Shown here piece by piece: positions 32,233 to 43,705 of a stretch of 64,000 bases of DNA (positions are counted from its first letter, which is position 1; each line of letters starts with the position of its first letter). The stretch spans positions 160,672-224,671 of the forward strand of contig JAIXYZ010000004.1 of the NCBI GenBank assembly GCA_027489955.1, read 5' to 3'. The notes below the pieces were generated by a model, which saw only the letters and a program-made list of their open reading frames with translations, searched no databases and was not told where the DNA came from. The position numbers were made by a program, and so were the translations under genes. The DNA is from Hyphomicrobiales bacterium. Lineage in GTDB: Bacteria > Pseudomonadota > Alphaproteobacteria > Rhizobiales > Beijerinckiaceae.

Positions 32233-33537
32233 ATGCGCGAACGCGTCACCGACACGATCTTCGCCCCGGCGACCCCGGTCAACGGGACGATCACCATCCT
32301 GCGCCTCTCGGGTCCGGGCTGTCGATTCGTTCTCGAAACGATGGCGGGTCCGACGGTCCCGCCGCCGCGGCTCATGACGCTCCGCGCGCTTCGGGACGGT
32401 TCGGGCGAGGTGCTCGACAAGGCGCTCGTGGTGTTCTTCCCGGGGCCTGAGAGCTTCACCGGCGAGGACTGCGCGGAGCTGCACCTCCACGGCGGCAGGG
32501 CCGTCCTTGCGGCTGTGGTGCGGCGCCTGTCGGAGCTGCCGGGATTGCGGCCGGCGCAGCCCGGGGAATTCTCCCGCCGCGCCTTCCTCAACAACCGCAT
32601 GGACCTGACGGAAGCCGAGGGACTGGCGGACCTGCTTAAGGCGGAGACGGACGCGCAGCGGCGGCAGGCTCTGTCGCTGCTGGGCGGAAGGCTGGGCCAG
32701 ACGATTGCCGGATGGCGGGACAGGCTGGTGGAGATGCTGGCCCTCGCCGAGGCGGATCTCGACTTCTCGGACGAGCGGGACGTTCCGGAGGGGCTCGGCT
32801 TCCGGGTCACGGCCCTCGCAGTGGACGTCCGTCGGCAGATCGATGCAGCTCTTGCCGATGCGGCCCGCGGCGAGCGTGTGAGGGATGGTTACCGGGTCGT
32901 GATCGCGGGGCCTCCCAATGCGGGAAAGTCGTCTCTTCTCAATGCGTTGGCGCAGCGCGACGTCGCGATCGTCACTGATATCGCCGGTACGACACGAGAC
33001 CTGATCGAGGTCAGATGCGACATCGCCGGGGCGGCCGTCACGTTCATCGACACGGCCGGGCTGCGCGATAGCAACGATCCGGTGGAGCGGATCGGCATGA
33101 GCCGGACGCGGGACGCGGCATCGGGAGCCGATCTCATTTTTTGGCTTTCCCCCGTCGACGATCCCAGCGCGCCACCGGCGGACATGGCGGGCGCGGTGGT
33201 CGTCACATCCAAGGCCGATACGACCTGTCGCGGTGATGCCCTTTCGATCTCCGTCAAGCGTGACGATGGCCTCGATCCGCTCCTTCAGTACCTGGCGGAG
33301 CGACTCGATTCGTACCCGCAACAATTGCCTGCACTTGTCAGCCGGCAAAGGCATGTCTCCGCGCTCAAAGATTGTCGCGATGCGCTGTTGCGGATAGAAG
33401 CAAGCGAGGGCGGCCTTCCAGAACTGATCGCCGAGGATGCCCGCCTCGCCTTGGCCTCGCTCGGATCGATCACGGGCCAAGTGTCGAGCGAGGACATCCT
33501 GGATCGGATATTCGGTGCGTTCTGCATCGGAAAGTAG
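32233..33537 (+). CDS. mnmE: tRNA uridine-5-carboxymethylaminomethyl modification GTPase MnmE
   Basis: 434 aa from the ATG at 32233, with G1 motif [20 protein letters not shown] and the C-terminal CIGK tetrapeptide. Confidence 0.93.
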   Translation: MRERVTDTIFAPATPVNGTITILRLSGPGCRFVLETMAGPTVPPPRLMTLRALRDGSGEVLDKALVVFFPGPESFTGEDCAELHLHGGRAVLAAVVRRLSELPGLRPAQPGEFSRRAFLNNRMDLTEAEGLADLLKAETDAQRRQALSLLGGRLGQTIAGWRDRLVEMLALAEADLDFSDERDVPEGLGFRVTALAVDVRRQIDAALADAARGERVRDGYRVVIAGPPNAGKSSLLNALAQRDVAIVTDIAGTTRDLIEVRCDIAGAAVTFIDTAGLRDSNDPVERIGMSRTRDAASGADLIFWLSPVDDPSAPPADMAGAVVVTSKADTTCRGDALSISVKRDDGLDPLLQYLAERLDSYPQQLPALVSRQRHVSALKDCRDALLRIEASEGGLPELIAEDARLALASLGSITGQVSSEDILDRIFGAFCIGK

Positions 33538-33541
33538 GACC

Positions 33542-33557
33542 TGTTTCACGTGAAACA
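33542..33557. other. parS centromere-like site, perfect palindrome TGTTTCACGTGAAACA
   Basis: Read directly. It is identical to the consensus parS (tGTTNCACGTGAAAca). The GTG start codon of mnmG (33550-33552) lies at the centre of the palindrome. Confidence 0.8.
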
Positions 33558-35430
33558 CGCGCACAGCTCGGATGTGATCGTAGTCGGTGGTGGGCATGCG
33601 GGAACGGAAGCCGCCGCCGCTGCCGCGCGCATGGGTGCTCGCACGCTGCTCGTCACGATGCGCGCAGACACGATCGGCGTCATGTCCTGTAATCCGGCGA
33701 TCGGCGGGCTGGGCAAGGGGCATCTGGTTCGCGAGATCGACGCTCTCGACGGGATCATGGCGCGTGCCGCGGATCTCGGCGGCATCCAGTTCCGCATGCT
33801 GAACCGCCGCAAGGGCCCGGCCGTCAGAGGGCCGAGGGCGCAGGCGGATCGTAAGCTCTACGCCCGCGCCGTCCAGCAGCTGCTGGCCGAACAGGACCGG
33901 CTGTCTGTCCTCGAGGGCGAAGTCGTCGACCTGCTCGTGAACGATGGACGGGTGACTGGCATCACCCTTGCCGACGGTCTATCCATCGAGGCCGGCGCGA
34001 TTGTCCTGACGGCGGGCACGTTCCTTCGCGGTCTGATCCATATGGGCGACGTGAAGCGCCAGGCCGGTCGCGTCGGCGACGCAGCATCCGTCAAACTGGC
34101 CGAGCGGCTGGATGCACTGGGCTTCCGGCTTGGACGGCTCAAAACCGGGACCCCGGCTAGGATCGATGGCCGCACGATCGACTGGGCCTCGTTGGAGATG
34201 CAGGACGGCGATTCGGAGCCGGAACCATTTTCGGCTTTGACGGAGCGTCTCCCCAATCCCCAGATCCGCTGCGGGATCACCCGTACGACGGAAGCGACCC
34301 ACCAGGTCATTCGCGACAATATCCATCGCGCCCCCATGTATTCCGGCGAGATTGCCAGTCACGGGCCACGCTATTGTCCGTCCATCGAGGACAAGGTGGT
34401 TCGCTTCGGCGACAGGGACGGGCACCAGATCTTCCTTGAACCGGAAGGGCTCGACGATCCGCTCGTCTATCCGAACGGCATCTCGACCTCGCTGCCCGAG
34501 GACGTGCAGCGGGCTATGATCGCGACCATTCCCGGTCTGGAGCGCGCCGAGATCGTCAGGCCGGGCTATGCCATCGAGTACGATTATCTCGATCCACGCG
34601 GCCTGTGGCCGACCCTGGAAACCAAGCAATGCGTGGGTCTGTTTCTGGCCGGGCAGATCAACGGCACGACCGGCTATGAGGAGGCGGCCGCGCAGGGGCT
34701 TCTCGCCGGCATCAACGCCGCGTGCCGTGCCGCCGGGCGCGAGGGCCTGGTGCCCGATCGGGCGACCTCCTATCTCGGCGTCATGGTCGACGATCTGGTC
34801 ACCCATGGCGTCACCGAGCCCTACCGGATGTTCACGTCGCGGGCCGAGTACCGGCTGAGCCTGCGGGTCGACAATGCCGATGAGCGATTGACCCCTCTGG
34901 GTATCGCGCTCGGCGTCGTCGGCTCTAAGCGGGCGGAGCTGTTCGCCACGCGGCAGCAGAGCGTGGATGCCTGGCGCAGCCGCCTTGCCGAGCTGACCTG
35001 CACGCCCAACGAAGCTGCGCAGGCAGGCGTGGACGTCAACAGGGACGGGCAACGGCGTAGCGCCTTCCAGCTCCTGTCGCGACCGGGCACCAGTTTCGAT
35101 GCTCTGGAACGCATCTGGCCTGAATTGGCGAGGGTTCCGGGAGCAATCCGCGACCGTCTGGCGACGGACGCAATCTATGCGGTGTACCTCAACCGCCAGG
35201 CTGCCGATATCGAGGCGTTCCGCCGTGAGGAGGAACTGTCGCTGCCGGAAGAGCTCGACTACGCTGCGATGCCGGGACTTTCCAACGAGCTCAAGGCGAG
35301 GCTGGATAAGGTGCGGCCCACGTCGCTCGGTCAGGCCTCCCGCCTCGAGGGCATGACGCCGGCAGCTCTGACATTGATCGCAGCGCACGCGCGAAAGATT
35401 CGGGCACGCAACGAAAGCGTCGCCGCATGA
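33550..35430 (+). CDS. mnmG: tRNA uridine 5-carboxymethylaminomethyl modification enzyme MnmG (GidA)
   Basis: 626 aa with the FAD motif [14 protein letters not shown] and conserved GidA blocks throughout. Confidence 0.96.
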   Translation: MKHAHSSDVIVVGGGHAGTEAAAAAARMGARTLLVTMRADTIGVMSCNPAIGGLGKGHLVREIDALDGIMARAADLGGIQFRMLNRRKGPAVRGPRAQADRKLYARAVQQLLAEQDRLSVLEGEVVDLLVNDGRVTGITLADGLSIEAGAIVLTAGTFLRGLIHMGDVKRQAGRVGDAASVKLAERLDALGFRLGRLKTGTPARIDGRTIDWASLEMQDGDSEPEPFSALTERLPNPQIRCGITRTTEATHQVIRDNIHRAPMYSGEIASHGPRYCPSIEDKVVRFGDRDGHQIFLEPEGLDDPLVYPNGISTSLPEDVQRAMIATIPGLERAEIVRPGYAIEYDYLDPRGLWPTLETKQCVGLFLAGQINGTTGYEEAAAQGLLAGINAACRAAGREGLVPDRATSYLGVMVDDLVTHGVTEPYRMFTSRAEYRLSLRVDNADERLTPLGIALGVVGSKRAELFATRQQSVDAWRSRLAELTCTPNEAAQAGVDVNRDGQRRSAFQLLSRPGTSFDALERIWPELARVPGAIRDRLATDAIYAVYLNRQAADIEAFRREEELSLPEELDYAAMPGLSNELKARLDKVRPTSLGQASRLEGMTPAALTLIAAHARKIRARNESVAA

Positions 35431-36044
35431 GCGGCCGAGATGAGGTTCTGGCGCGTGTTTCACGTGAAACAGGTGCGCGTCTCGATACGTACGTGGCTGA
35501 ACTTGCTCGCTGGCAGACAGTCAAGAACCTCGTCGGTCCCTCGACCCTGAGCGAAATCTGGGCGCGCCATGTGGACGATTGTCTCCAGATCGTCGATCTC
35601 GCGCCGGACGGTGCGCGGCGCTGGCTCGACCTGGGTTCTGGAGCCGGCCTTCCGGGGCTGATCGTCGCAATCGCCGGGCCGCAGGGCACGCAGGTGGATC
35701 TCGTCGAGAGCAACGGGCGCAAATGCGCGTTCCTGCGGGCAGCCGCCCGGGCGACAGGCGCTCCGGTTAGGGTCCATCAGGCGCGCCTGGAGAGCGTCAT
35801 TCCCGGACTTTCCGGGAAGGTCGACGTCGTCACGGCCCGGGCGCTGGCGCCCTTGAAGGACCTCATCGCCTGGTGCGATCCGCTGTGGAGAAGCGGGACC
35901 GTCGGCCTGTTTATGAAGGGACAAGATGTAGAGTCCGAATTGACCGAAGCCTCTAAATCTTGGATGATTCAGTACGATCTGATCCCGAGCCGATCCGACC
36001 CGAAGGGTCGGATCGTGAGGGTCCGGAGCGCGGCGCCCCGCTAG
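35427..36044 (+). CDS. rsmG: 16S rRNA (guanine527-N7)-methyltransferase RsmG (GidB)
   Basis: 205 aa with the SAM motif [12 protein letters not shown]. It has a 4-nt overlap with mnmG. Confidence 0.92.
   Translation: MSGRDEVLARVSRETGARLDTYVAELARWQTVKNLVGPSTLSEIWARHVDDCLQIVDLAPDGARRWLDLGSGAGLPGLIVAIAGPQGTQVDLVESNGRKCAFLRAAARATGAPVRVHQARLESVIPGLSGKVDVVTARALAPLKDLIAWCDPLWRSGTVGLFMKGQDVESELTEASKSWMIQYDLIPSRSDPKGRIVRVRSAAPR
35456..35471. other. parS centromere-like site, perfect palindrome TGTTTCACGTGAAACA
   Basis: Read directly. It is identical to the copy at 33542-33557 and lies within codons 10-15 of rsmG (encoding V-S-R-E-T). Confidence 0.8.
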
Positions 36045-36079
36045 GGCTGCGCCAGCAGTTCAGCCAGACGGACGATCCC

Positions 36080-36922
36080 ATGACGATGGCGCCTCCCCCT
36101 CCTCCCGCTCCCCGCAAGGGCCTGCGGCCGCGCGTGCTGGTGCTTGCCAACCAGAAGGGCGGCGTCGGCAAGACGACGACCGCGATCAATCTGGGAACGG
36201 CGCTCGCCGCCATCGGCGAGCGGGTGCTGATCCTCGATCTCGATCCGCAGGGCAATGCCTCCACCGGCCTCGGGATCGGGCGCAAGGATCGCCGGCGTTC
36301 GACCTATGACGTGATGGCGGGCGAGGCGACCCTGGCGGAGGTGGTGCGCGAGACGGCCGTGCCCGGCCTGTTCGTCGCGCCTTCGACCCTCGATCTCCTG
36401 GGGGTGGAGCTGGAGATCGCGGCGCAGGCGGACCGCAACCGGCGCCTGCGCTCGGCCATCGACCGGCTGACGCTGGATCGCGCGGAGGCGCCCTTCACCT
36501 ATGTGCTGGTGGACTGCCCGCCGTCGCTGAACCTGCTGACGATCAACGCGCTGGCCGCCGCGGACTCGGTGCTCGTGCCGCTGCAATGCGAGTTCTTCGC
36601 GCTGGAGGGCCTGAGCCAGCTCCTGAAGACGGTGGAGCAGGTCCGCGTCGCGCTCAATCCGGCGCTGACGATCCACGGCATCGTGCTGACCATGTTCGAC
36701 CCGCGCAACAACCTGTCGAACCAAGTCGTTGAAGACGTTCGGGAATTCATGGGCGCGAAGGTTTACGACACCGTCATCCCGCGCAATGTGCGGGTGTCTG
36801 AGGCGCCCTCCCACGGCAAGCCGGTCCTGCTCTACGACTTCAAGTGTTCCGGCGCGCAGGCCTATCTGCGCCTCGCCTCCGAGGTGATCCAGCGCGAGCG
36901 GGCGATCCAGACGGCGGCGTGA
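36080..36922 (+). CDS. parA: chromosome partitioning ATPase ParA
   Basis: 280 aa from the ATG at 36080, with deviant Walker A ANQKGGVGKTTTAINL. Confidence 0.93.
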   Translation: MTMAPPPPPAPRKGLRPRVLVLANQKGGVGKTTTAINLGTALAAIGERVLILDLDPQGNASTGLGIGRKDRRRSTYDVMAGEATLAEVVRETAVPGLFVAPSTLDLLGVELEIAAQADRNRRLRSAIDRLTLDRAEAPFTYVLVDCPPSLNLLTINALAAADSVLVPLQCEFFALEGLSQLLKTVEQVRVALNPALTIHGIVLTMFDPRNNLSNQVVEDVREFMGAKVYDTVIPRNVRVSEAPSHGKPVLLYDFKCSGAQAYLRLASEVIQRERAIQTAA

Positions 36923-36981
36923 ACGCCGTCTGACGCCCCTTCCGGCTATCCCGCCCAGTGCCAGCGTTGAGGAGAGTTCCG

Positions 36982-37851
36982 ATGGCCGAAGATACGTCCC
37001 GCCGCCTCGGCCGAGGCCTCGCCGCCCTGATCGGCGAAGCCGGAGACGACAACGACGCAGTGGCGCGCGCCCGGGCGCAGCGCAGCGTGCCGATCGAGTT
37101 CCTGCGGCCCAACCCGCGCAATCCCCGCAAGTCCTTCGGCGAGACGGACCTGGAGGATCTGGCGGGGTCGATCCGCGAGAAGGGCATTCTGCAGCCGATC
37201 GTGGTGCGGGCGATCGAGGGGCTGGACGGGGTCTACGAGATCATCGCCGGCGAGCGCCGCTGGCGCGCCGCGCAGCGGGCCGGCCTGCACGAGGTGCCGA
37301 TCCTCCAGATCGAGGCGACGGAGAAGGAGGCGCTGGAGCTCGCGATCATCGAGAACGTGCAGCGTGCCGATCTCAACGCGCTCGAGGAAGCGGCGGGCTA
37401 CGACCAGCTCATGACGCAGTTCTCCTATTCGCAGAACGACCTCGCGCAGGTCATCGGCAAGAGCCGCAGCCATGTCGCCAACACCCTGCGCCTCATGAAG
37501 CTGCCGGAGGCGGTGCGGGCCCACCTGATGGAAGGCCGGCTCAGCGCCGGCCATGGCCGCGCGCTGCTCGGCGTGCGCGATCCCGAGCATGTGGCGCGGG
37601 TCGCCATCGAGAAGGGCCTCACCGTCCGCGACATCGAGCGCATCGCCCAGCGGGAGGCGCAGGGCGAGACCGTCGAGGCGCCCAAATCCGCCAAGGAGAA
37701 GGACGCCGATACCCGCGCGCTGGAGCAGGTGTTGGAAGACGTGCTCGGCCTTAAGGTGTCGATCAACCACAAGGGCCAGGCGGGCGAACTCAGGATCGCC
37801 TACAAGACCCTCGAACAGCTCGATGGCCTTTGCCAGCGGCTTCGCGGCTAA
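36982..37851 (+). CDS. parB: chromosome partitioning protein ParB
   Basis: 289 aa from the ATG at 36982, with GAGGAGAG 7 nt upstream. It contains RGLAALIG, the ParB box GERRWRAA and an HTH. Confidence 0.93.
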   Translation: MAEDTSRRLGRGLAALIGEAGDDNDAVARARAQRSVPIEFLRPNPRNPRKSFGETDLEDLAGSIREKGILQPIVVRAIEGLDGVYEIIAGERRWRAAQRAGLHEVPILQIEATEKEALELAIIENVQRADLNALEEAAGYDQLMTQFSYSQNDLAQVIGKSRSHVANTLRLMKLPEAVRAHLMEGRLSAGHGRALLGVRDPEHVARVAIEKGLTVRDIERIAQREAQGETVEAPKSAKEKDADTRALEQVLEDVLGLKVSINHKGQAGELRIAYKTLEQLDGLCQRLRG

Positions 37852-37864
37852 ATATCTGATTTAA

Positions 37865-38893
37865 CTACTTAATTCCCGCGCGTCGGGCTGCGGTCGCCAC
37901 CGACCACAGCGCCTGGCGCGCGGTTTCGCGCGCAAGGGCGGGCTGCCGCCGGACCGCGAGCTGGGCCCGCGACAGGTCGTCGACGGCGGCGCCGAGCGCA
38001 GCCGTCGTCCAGCCGGTGAGCTGGCGCAGGACGCCGTCGCGGCGGGAAAAATGCAGCGCCCGCTCAGGCACCACCTCGCCGGCCGCGCGCCGGTCCGCCT
38101 CCATCGCGGCGCGCCACCGCAGGAGCTGGAGCGCGTGCCGCAGGGCCGCGCCGATGACGACGCCGGCGTCCAGTCCTTCGGCGGCCAGGCGCGTCCAGGC
38201 GCGGTCGAGCACGGCGAAGCGTCCGGCAAACGCGCCGTCCACCACCCCGTCCATGGCCAGCGCCGACACGTCGCCGACGACCGCCTCCACGTCCTGCGCG
38301 GTTACCTGACCGGTGCCTGCTGTGTAGAGGACGAGCTTTTCCAGTTCGGACCGGGAGCCGGACCGGTCGGCGCCGAGCATGGCAAGAAGCGTCTCGCGCA
38401 CATCCCGCGCGATGGAGAGGCCCGCATCGCGCAGCGTCGTGTCCACCAGCGCGCCGAGATCGCGCGCATTATCGGGGAAACACGGGAGCGCCAGCGCGTT
38501 CGGCGCCTTCTCGCACAGGGTGCGAAGCGGCGCGCTGCGGTTGAGGTCCCCGGCCTCCACGACGACGGTCGCGCCGCCGGCGGGGGCGGCGAGAAGGGCC
38601 TGGACGGCAGGGACGATGGACCGCGTGGTGGCCGAGACCCAGACGACGCGCTGGCCGCCGAAGAGGCCGATCGTGCCCGCTTCGTCCACCAGCCGGCCCG
38701 GATCGCCCGCGACCGCGTCTCCGTCCAGCCGCACGAGCTGGAACGGGTCGTCGGGATCGGAGACGGCCTCGCGGGCGACGCGCCGGGCGCGTTCGTTCAC
38801 CAGGCCCGTGTCGGGGCCGTAGAAGAGATAGACCGCGGCGCCGGGCCGCCGACGGAGGGTTGCCTCGACGTCGCCGGCCTTGACGGCCACCAT
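37865..38893 (-). CDS. holA: DNA polymerase III subunit delta
   Basis: 342 aa beginning YLFYGPDTGLVNERA.... The leuS-lptE-holA order matches E. coli. Confidence 0.85.
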   Translation of the reverse strand: MVAVKAGDVEATLRRRPGAAVYLFYGPDTGLVNERARRVAREAVSDPDDPFQLVRLDGDAVAGDPGRLVDEAGTIGLFGGQRVVWVSATTRSIVPAVQALLAAPAGGATVVVEAGDLNRSAPLRTLCEKAPNALALPCFPDNARDLGALVDTTLRDAGLSIARDVRETLLAMLGADRSGSRSELEKLVLYTAGTGQVTAQDVEAVVGDVSALAMDGVVDGAFAGRFAVLDRAWTRLAAEGLDAGVVIGAALRHALQLLRWRAAMEADRRAAGEVVPERALHFSRRDGVLRQLTGWTTAALGAAVDDLSRAQLAVRRQPALARETARQALWSVATAARRAGIK

Positions 38894-38896
38894 GGC

Positions 38897-39454
38897 TCAG
38901 CTCCGGCTGGCGAAATGCGCCGCGAGCCGGGTCTTGATCTGCTCCGCGACCTCGCGGGCGACGCGGATCTCCGCATCGCGCGCCGCACGGACGGTGGCGA
39001 AGCGCTGCGGGAACCGGTCGTAGGAGGCGGACGAGACCGCCGCGCCGGAGGTGAGCGGCGGCGTCTTGTCGTCGGCGCCGGCGGCCTTGAGCGTGTAATT
39101 GACCGTGCCGACGAGGGTTGCGGCGGTGGCCCGGCCCGTCGTCGTGTCGACGATCGCCGATTGCAGCGTCTGGCTGATCGTCAGGCTGAGGACGTAGCTT
39201 TTCGGGGCGGCGACCGGGGCGCCGCCGTCCAGGAGGTATTTCAGCTCCTGCGTCAGGTAGTGCGCCGCGCGCTCCTGGCCGGGCAGTTCCTTGAGGGCCG
39301 CGACCTCCACGGCCGCCAGCCGGTCGGCCACGCTGGCCCCGAGCCCGGCGCCCGGCGCTCCGGATGGTCCGTAGAGCGGCTGGAAGCAGCCGCCCAGGGC
39401 GAGGGCGGCGGCCGAGGCGGCGGCGAGGGCGCGCAGGCGCTTAAACGACGACAT
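38897..39454 (-). CDS. lptE: LPS-assembly lipoprotein LptE
   Basis: 185 aa with lipobox LALGGC. It sits between leuS and holA and overlaps the leuS stop. Confidence 0.78.
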   Translation of the reverse strand: MSSFKRLRALAAASAAALALGGCFQPLYGPSGAPGAGLGASVADRLAAVEVAALKELPGQERAAHYLTQELKYLLDGGAPVAAPKSYVLSLTISQTLQSAIVDTTTGRATAATLVGTVNYTLKAAGADDKTPPLTSGAAVSSASYDRFPQRFATVRAARDAEIRVAREVAEQIKTRLAAHFASRS

Positions 39455-42089
39455 TCACGATCCTCTGGGGAACGACGATGACCTTGCGCGGCGGACGGCC
39501 TTCCAGCGCGCGCTGCACGGCTTCCAGCGCGAGGACCGCGGCCTCCACCTGGGCCTGGTCCGCATCGCGGGCCACCGTGACGTCGGCGCGCTTCTTGCCG
39601 TTCACCTGGACCGGCAGCGTAATCTCGTCCTCGACGAGAAGCGAGCGGTCCGCGTTGGGCCAGGGCGTGGCAGCGACGAGCGTGCGCTGGCCGAGCGCCT
39701 GCCAGCACTCCTCCGCCAGGTGCGGCATGATCGGCGCCACAAGCTGGACGATGATGCTGGCCGCCTCGCGCAGGGCAAAGCGCATGTCGGCGGAGACCTC
39801 CACCGCCTCGCGGGCGCCGGCGACGGCGGCCTGCAGCGCGTTGGCGAGCTCGTAGACCTGCGCGACGCAGCGGTTGAAGCGCAGGCGCTCCAGATCCTCC
39901 TCGACGCCGGCCAGGGCCCGGTGGGCGGCCTTGCGCAGGATGAGCGATGCGGGGTTCAGCGTCGTCTCGAAGTCGCCATCCATGTCGGGGGCGGAGGCGA
40001 TCTCGACCACGTCGTTCACCAGGCGCCACAGGCGCTGCACGAAGCGGTGGGCGCCCTGCACGCCCTCCTCGGTCCAGACGACGTCGCGCTCGGGGGGCGA
40101 GTCCGACAGCATGAACCAGCGGGCCGTATCGGCGCCGAAGGATTCGATGATGTCGTCCGGGTCCACGACGTTCTTCTTGGACTTCGACATCTTCTCGATC
40201 GCGCCGATCTCGACGGCATCGCCGGTGGCCTCGACGACCGCGCGGCGCTGGCCGTCCACGGTCTCGATGCGCACGTCAGACGGGGTCACCCACTGGCCCG
40301 ACGCGTCGCGATAGGTCTCGTGGACGACCATCCCTTGCGTGAACAGGCCGGCGAAGGGCTCGGCGATCGTGGCGTGGCCCGTCCGGGCCATGGCGCGGGT
40401 GAAGAAGCGCGAATAGAGCAGGTGCAGGATCGCGTGCTCGATGCCGCCGATATACTGGTCCACCGGCAGCCAGCCGGATGGCCCGTCCACGACGCCGGCC
40501 GTGGTGGGCTCGGCCTCGTTCTGCGGATCGGTGAACCGGGCGAAGTACCAGGAGGAATCGACGAACGTGTCCATCGTATCCGTCTCGCGCCGGGCGGGAG
40601 CGCCGCAGGCGGGGCAGGACACGTGCTTCCAGGTGGGGTGCCGGTCGAGCGGATTGCCCGGCACGTCGAAGGTCACGTCTTCGGGCAGGGTGACCGGCAG
40701 TTGGTCGTCGGGCACGGGCTGGACGCCGCAGGCCTCGCAATGCACGACCGGAATCGGGCAGCCCCAATAGCGCTGGCGGGAGATGCCCCAGTCGCGCAGC
40801 CTGTAATTGACCTTGCGGGCCCCGATGGGGCGGCCATCGCGCGTCTCCGCCTCCAGACGGCGCGCGACCTCCTCCTTGGCCTGCGCGATCGTCAGGCCGT
40901 CCAGGAAGCGGGAATTCACGATCCGCCCCTCGCCGTCATAGGGCTCGCCCGCGACGCGGAACGAGGCCGGGTCGGCATCGGGCGGGCACACGACGGTGCG
41001 GATGGGCAGGCCGTAGGCCGTGGCGAACTCGAAGTCGCGCTGGTCGTGGGCCGGGCAGCCGAAGATGGCGCCGGTGCCGTAGTCCATCAGGATGAAGTTG
41101 GCGACGTAGACCGGCAGGGTCCACGACGGATCGAACGGGTGGATCGCCCGTATGCCGGTGTCGACGCCCTTCTTGTCAGCGGTCTCGACCGCTTCGGCGG
41201 CGGTGCCGGAGCGGCGGCATTCCTCGACGAAATCGGCCACGCGCGCGTCCCGCGCCGCGGCGGCGCGCGCCAGCGGATGATCGGCGGCGATCGCCATGAA
41301 GCTCGCCCCGAACAGCGTGTCCGGCCGGGTCGTGTAGATTTCCAGCTCGGTCTCGCCGCCGGGCGCGGTGGAGGCGTCCAGCGAGAAGCGCAGGCTCAGG
41401 CCCTCGGACCGGCCGATCCAGTTCTTCTGCATCAGCCGGACCTTCTCGGGCCAGCGATCTAGCGTCTCCAGGGAATCGAGCAGATCCTGGGAATAGTCGG
41501 TGATCTTCAGGAACCACTGGGTCAGCTCGCGCTGCTCCACGAGCGCGCCGGAGCGCCAGCCGCGCCCGTCGATCACCTGCTCGTTGGCCAGGACGGTCTG
41601 GTCGACCGGGTCCCAGTTCACCTTGGCGGTGCGGCGGGCGACGAGCCCGGCCTTCAGGAAGTCCAGGAACAGCTTCTGCTGGTGCCGGTAGTAGGAGGGA
41701 TCGCAGGTGGCGATCTCGCGGCTCCAGTCCAGCGACAGGCCCATCGTCTTCAGCTGGGCGCGCATGGTGGCGATGTTGGCGTAGGTCCATTCGCGGGGAT
41801 GGACCTTGTTGGCCATGGCGGCGTTCTCGGCGGGCATGCCGAAGGCGTCCCAGCCCATGGGATGCAGGACATTGAAGCCCTTGGCCCGCTTGTAGCGCGC
41901 CACGACGTCGCCCATGGCGTAGTTGCGCACGTGACCCATATGGATGCGCCCCGACGGATAGGGGAACATCTCCAGCACGTAGTATTTCGGGCGCGAATCC
42001 TCGTTGGGCGTGCGGAACAGGGCGGCCTCGTCCCAGGCCTTGCGCCATTTCGGCTCGCTGACCTTCGCGTTGTAGCGCTCGACACTCAT
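39441..42089 (-). CDS. leuS: leucine--tRNA ligase
   Basis: 882 aa from the ATG at 42089: [21 protein letters not shown]..., with the HIGH-type motif ([11 protein letters not shown]) and KMSKS present. Confidence 0.96.
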   Translation of the reverse strand: MSVERYNAKVSEPKWRKAWDEAALFRTPNEDSRPKYYVLEMFPYPSGRIHMGHVRNYAMGDVVARYKRAKGFNVLHPMGWDAFGMPAENAAMANKVHPREWTYANIATMRAQLKTMGLSLDWSREIATCDPSYYRHQQKLFLDFLKAGLVARRTAKVNWDPVDQTVLANEQVIDGRGWRSGALVEQRELTQWFLKITDYSQDLLDSLETLDRWPEKVRLMQKNWIGRSEGLSLRFSLDASTAPGGETELEIYTTRPDTLFGASFMAIAADHPLARAAAARDARVADFVEECRRSGTAAEAVETADKKGVDTGIRAIHPFDPSWTLPVYVANFILMDYGTGAIFGCPAHDQRDFEFATAYGLPIRTVVCPPDADPASFRVAGEPYDGEGRIVNSRFLDGLTIAQAKEEVARRLEAETRDGRPIGARKVNYRLRDWGISRQRYWGCPIPVVHCEACGVQPVPDDQLPVTLPEDVTFDVPGNPLDRHPTWKHVSCPACGAPARRETDTMDTFVDSSWYFARFTDPQNEAEPTTAGVVDGPSGWLPVDQYIGGIEHAILHLLYSRFFTRAMARTGHATIAEPFAGLFTQGMVVHETYRDASGQWVTPSDVRIETVDGQRRAVVEATGDAVEIGAIEKMSKSKKNVVDPDDIIESFGADTARWFMLSDSPPERDVVWTEEGVQGAHRFVQRLWRLVNDVVEIASAPDMDGDFETTLNPASLILRKAAHRALAGVEEDLERLRFNRCVAQVYELANALQAAVAGAREAVEVSADMRFALREAASIIVQLVAPIMPHLAEECWQALGQRTLVAATPWPNADRSLLVEDEITLPVQVNGKKRADVTVARDADQAQVEAAVLALEAVQRALEGRPPRKVIVVPQRIVNVVV

Positions 42090-42267
42090 GGTCTGTCTGG
42101 ATCGTCTCGCTGACGCCGGAAACGGCGTGCCGCCGCGCGAAGCCGCGCCGGCGGAGTTGCATAGGGGTTTCAAGTCGGACTAGGACACCGAAAACCGTTT
42201 CCGGTCAATCGCGGAGCGGTTCTCTCGCGGGCCGCCGGACAGTCCGGCGGCGGTTCTGGAGGCGGCT

Positions 42268-42975
42268 TTGGGCGAGGACGGCGAAACCGCCTCCGGGGCG
42301 GACGGGCGGCAGGCGGGCGGCATCGCCGGAAGGCTCGCCGCGGTCCGGCACGAGATCGCCCGGGCGCTGGCCGACAGCGGCCGTCCCGCCGGCGCCGCGC
42401 AGCTCGTCTGCGTCTCCAAGACGTTCCCGGCGGAGGCGGTGCGCGAGGCCCTCGATGCGGGCCAGCGCGTGTTCGGGGAGAACTACGTGCAGGAGGCCAA
42501 GGCGAAGTGGCCCGCCCTGCGCGCGGACTTTGCCGACGTCGAGCTGCACATGATCGGCCCGCTCCAGTCCAACAAGGCGCGGGAGGCCGTCGCCCTGTTC
42601 GACGTGATCCACACGCTCGACCGTCCCTCGCTCGCCGCGGCCCTGGCGGCCGAGGCCCGGCGGGGCGCGCGCATGCCGCGGCTCTTCGTGCAGGTGAATA
42701 CGGGCGAGGAGCCGCAGAAGGCGGGCATCGCCCCGGCGGATCTGGGCGCTTTCCTCCAGGCGTGCCGGGACCAGCACGGGCTCACCGTGTCGGGGCTGAT
42801 GTGCATCCCCCCTGCGGACCAGCCTCCATCGCCCCATTTCGCGCTCCTGGCCAAGCTCGCCCGCGAACACGGCCTTCAGGGGCTTTCCATGGGCATGAGC
42901 GCCGATTTCGAGCAGGCGATCATGCTGGGCGCGACGCATGTGCGCGTCGGCAGCGCCATCTTCGGCGCCCGCTGA
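42268..42975 (+). CDS. yggS: YggS-family pyridoxal-phosphate homeostasis protein
   Basis: 235 aa with VSKTFP (the PLP lysine) and LSMGMSADFEQAI. The TTG start given by the track is uncertain. Confidence 0.88.
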   Translation: MGEDGETASGADGRQAGGIAGRLAAVRHEIARALADSGRPAGAAQLVCVSKTFPAEAVREALDAGQRVFGENYVQEAKAKWPALRADFADVELHMIGPLQSNKAREAVALFDVIHTLDRPSLAAALAAEARRGARMPRLFVQVNTGEEPQKAGIAPADLGAFLQACRDQHGLTVSGLMCIPPADQPPSPHFALLAKLAREHGLQGLSMGMSADFEQAIMLGATHVRVGSAIFGAR

Positions 42976-43011
42976 GCCCGGTCCCGACCGTTCCGCCGCC
43001 GGAAGCCCCGA

Positions 43012-43674
43012 TCACGCGGCAAGCCGTGCTTCCACCGCTTCCATGACGCGTGCGTCGCGGAAATCGGTCGCGACCAGCGCGGCCCCCGCCGACAGGAGCG
43101 CCTCGGCGGCGGCGCCGGAGCCGATCCCGATGACGGGCAGGCCCGCGGCGACGGCGGCCCTGACGCCGGAGGGCGAATCCTCGAAGGCCATGCTGCGGGA
43201 CGGGTCGGCACCGAGCACGTCCAGGCCCGTCAGGTAGGGCAGCGGGTCGGGCTTGCCGCGGGCCAGGTCCTCGGCAAGCACCACCTGCGGAAAGCGCGCG
43301 GCAAGGCCGAGCGCGGCCAGCATGAGCTCGCAATTGGCACGGGGCGCGTTGGAGACGATGACCGCCGGGATGGCCCGCCGCTCCGCCCAGTCCAGAAGCG
43401 CCAGCAGGCCCGGCATCGGCGCGAGCGGCCCGGTGAGCCGCCGGCGGAACAGGAGCTCCTTGCGGTCGGCGAGCTCCCGGCGCGCCGGATCGTTCAGATC
43501 GGGGAAAAGGTCCGCGAAGATGTCCGCGTTGGCCCGGCCCATGACCTGCGTCTTGTAGTCCGCCAGCGTCAGCGGCTCGCGCCGCCCCTCCAGCATTTCG
43601 TTGAAGGCCTCGAAATGCAGGTCGTCGGTGTCGGCGAGCGTGCCGTCGAGGTCGAACAGGAGGCCGGGCTTCAT
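43012..43674 (-). CDS. HAD-IA family hydrolase (phosphatase/beta-phosphoglucomutase-like)
   Basis: 220 aa with motif I FDLDGTLADT and later HAD motifs (SNAPR, EDSPSG). Confidence 0.8.
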   Translation of the reverse strand: MKPGLLFDLDGTLADTDDLHFEAFNEMLEGRREPLTLADYKTQVMGRANADIFADLFPDLNDPARRELADRKELLFRRRLTGPLAPMPGLLALLDWAERRAIPAVIVSNAPRANCELMLAALGLAARFPQVVLAEDLARGKPDPLPYLTGLDVLGADPSRSMAFEDSPSGVRAAVAAGLPVIGIGSGAAAEALLSAGAALVATDFRDARVMEAVEARLAA

Positions 43675-43705
43675 GACGGGCAGGTCCTTTGCGGGGCGGC
43701 GGCTC

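Noticed and set aside
37852-37864. An AT-rich parB/holA spacer containing TTAA-N4-TTAA (tttaactacttaatt), considered as a possible CtrA box.
   Set aside because: The spacing is 4 nt rather than 7 nt, and it lies between two convergent stop codons, where no promoter is expected.
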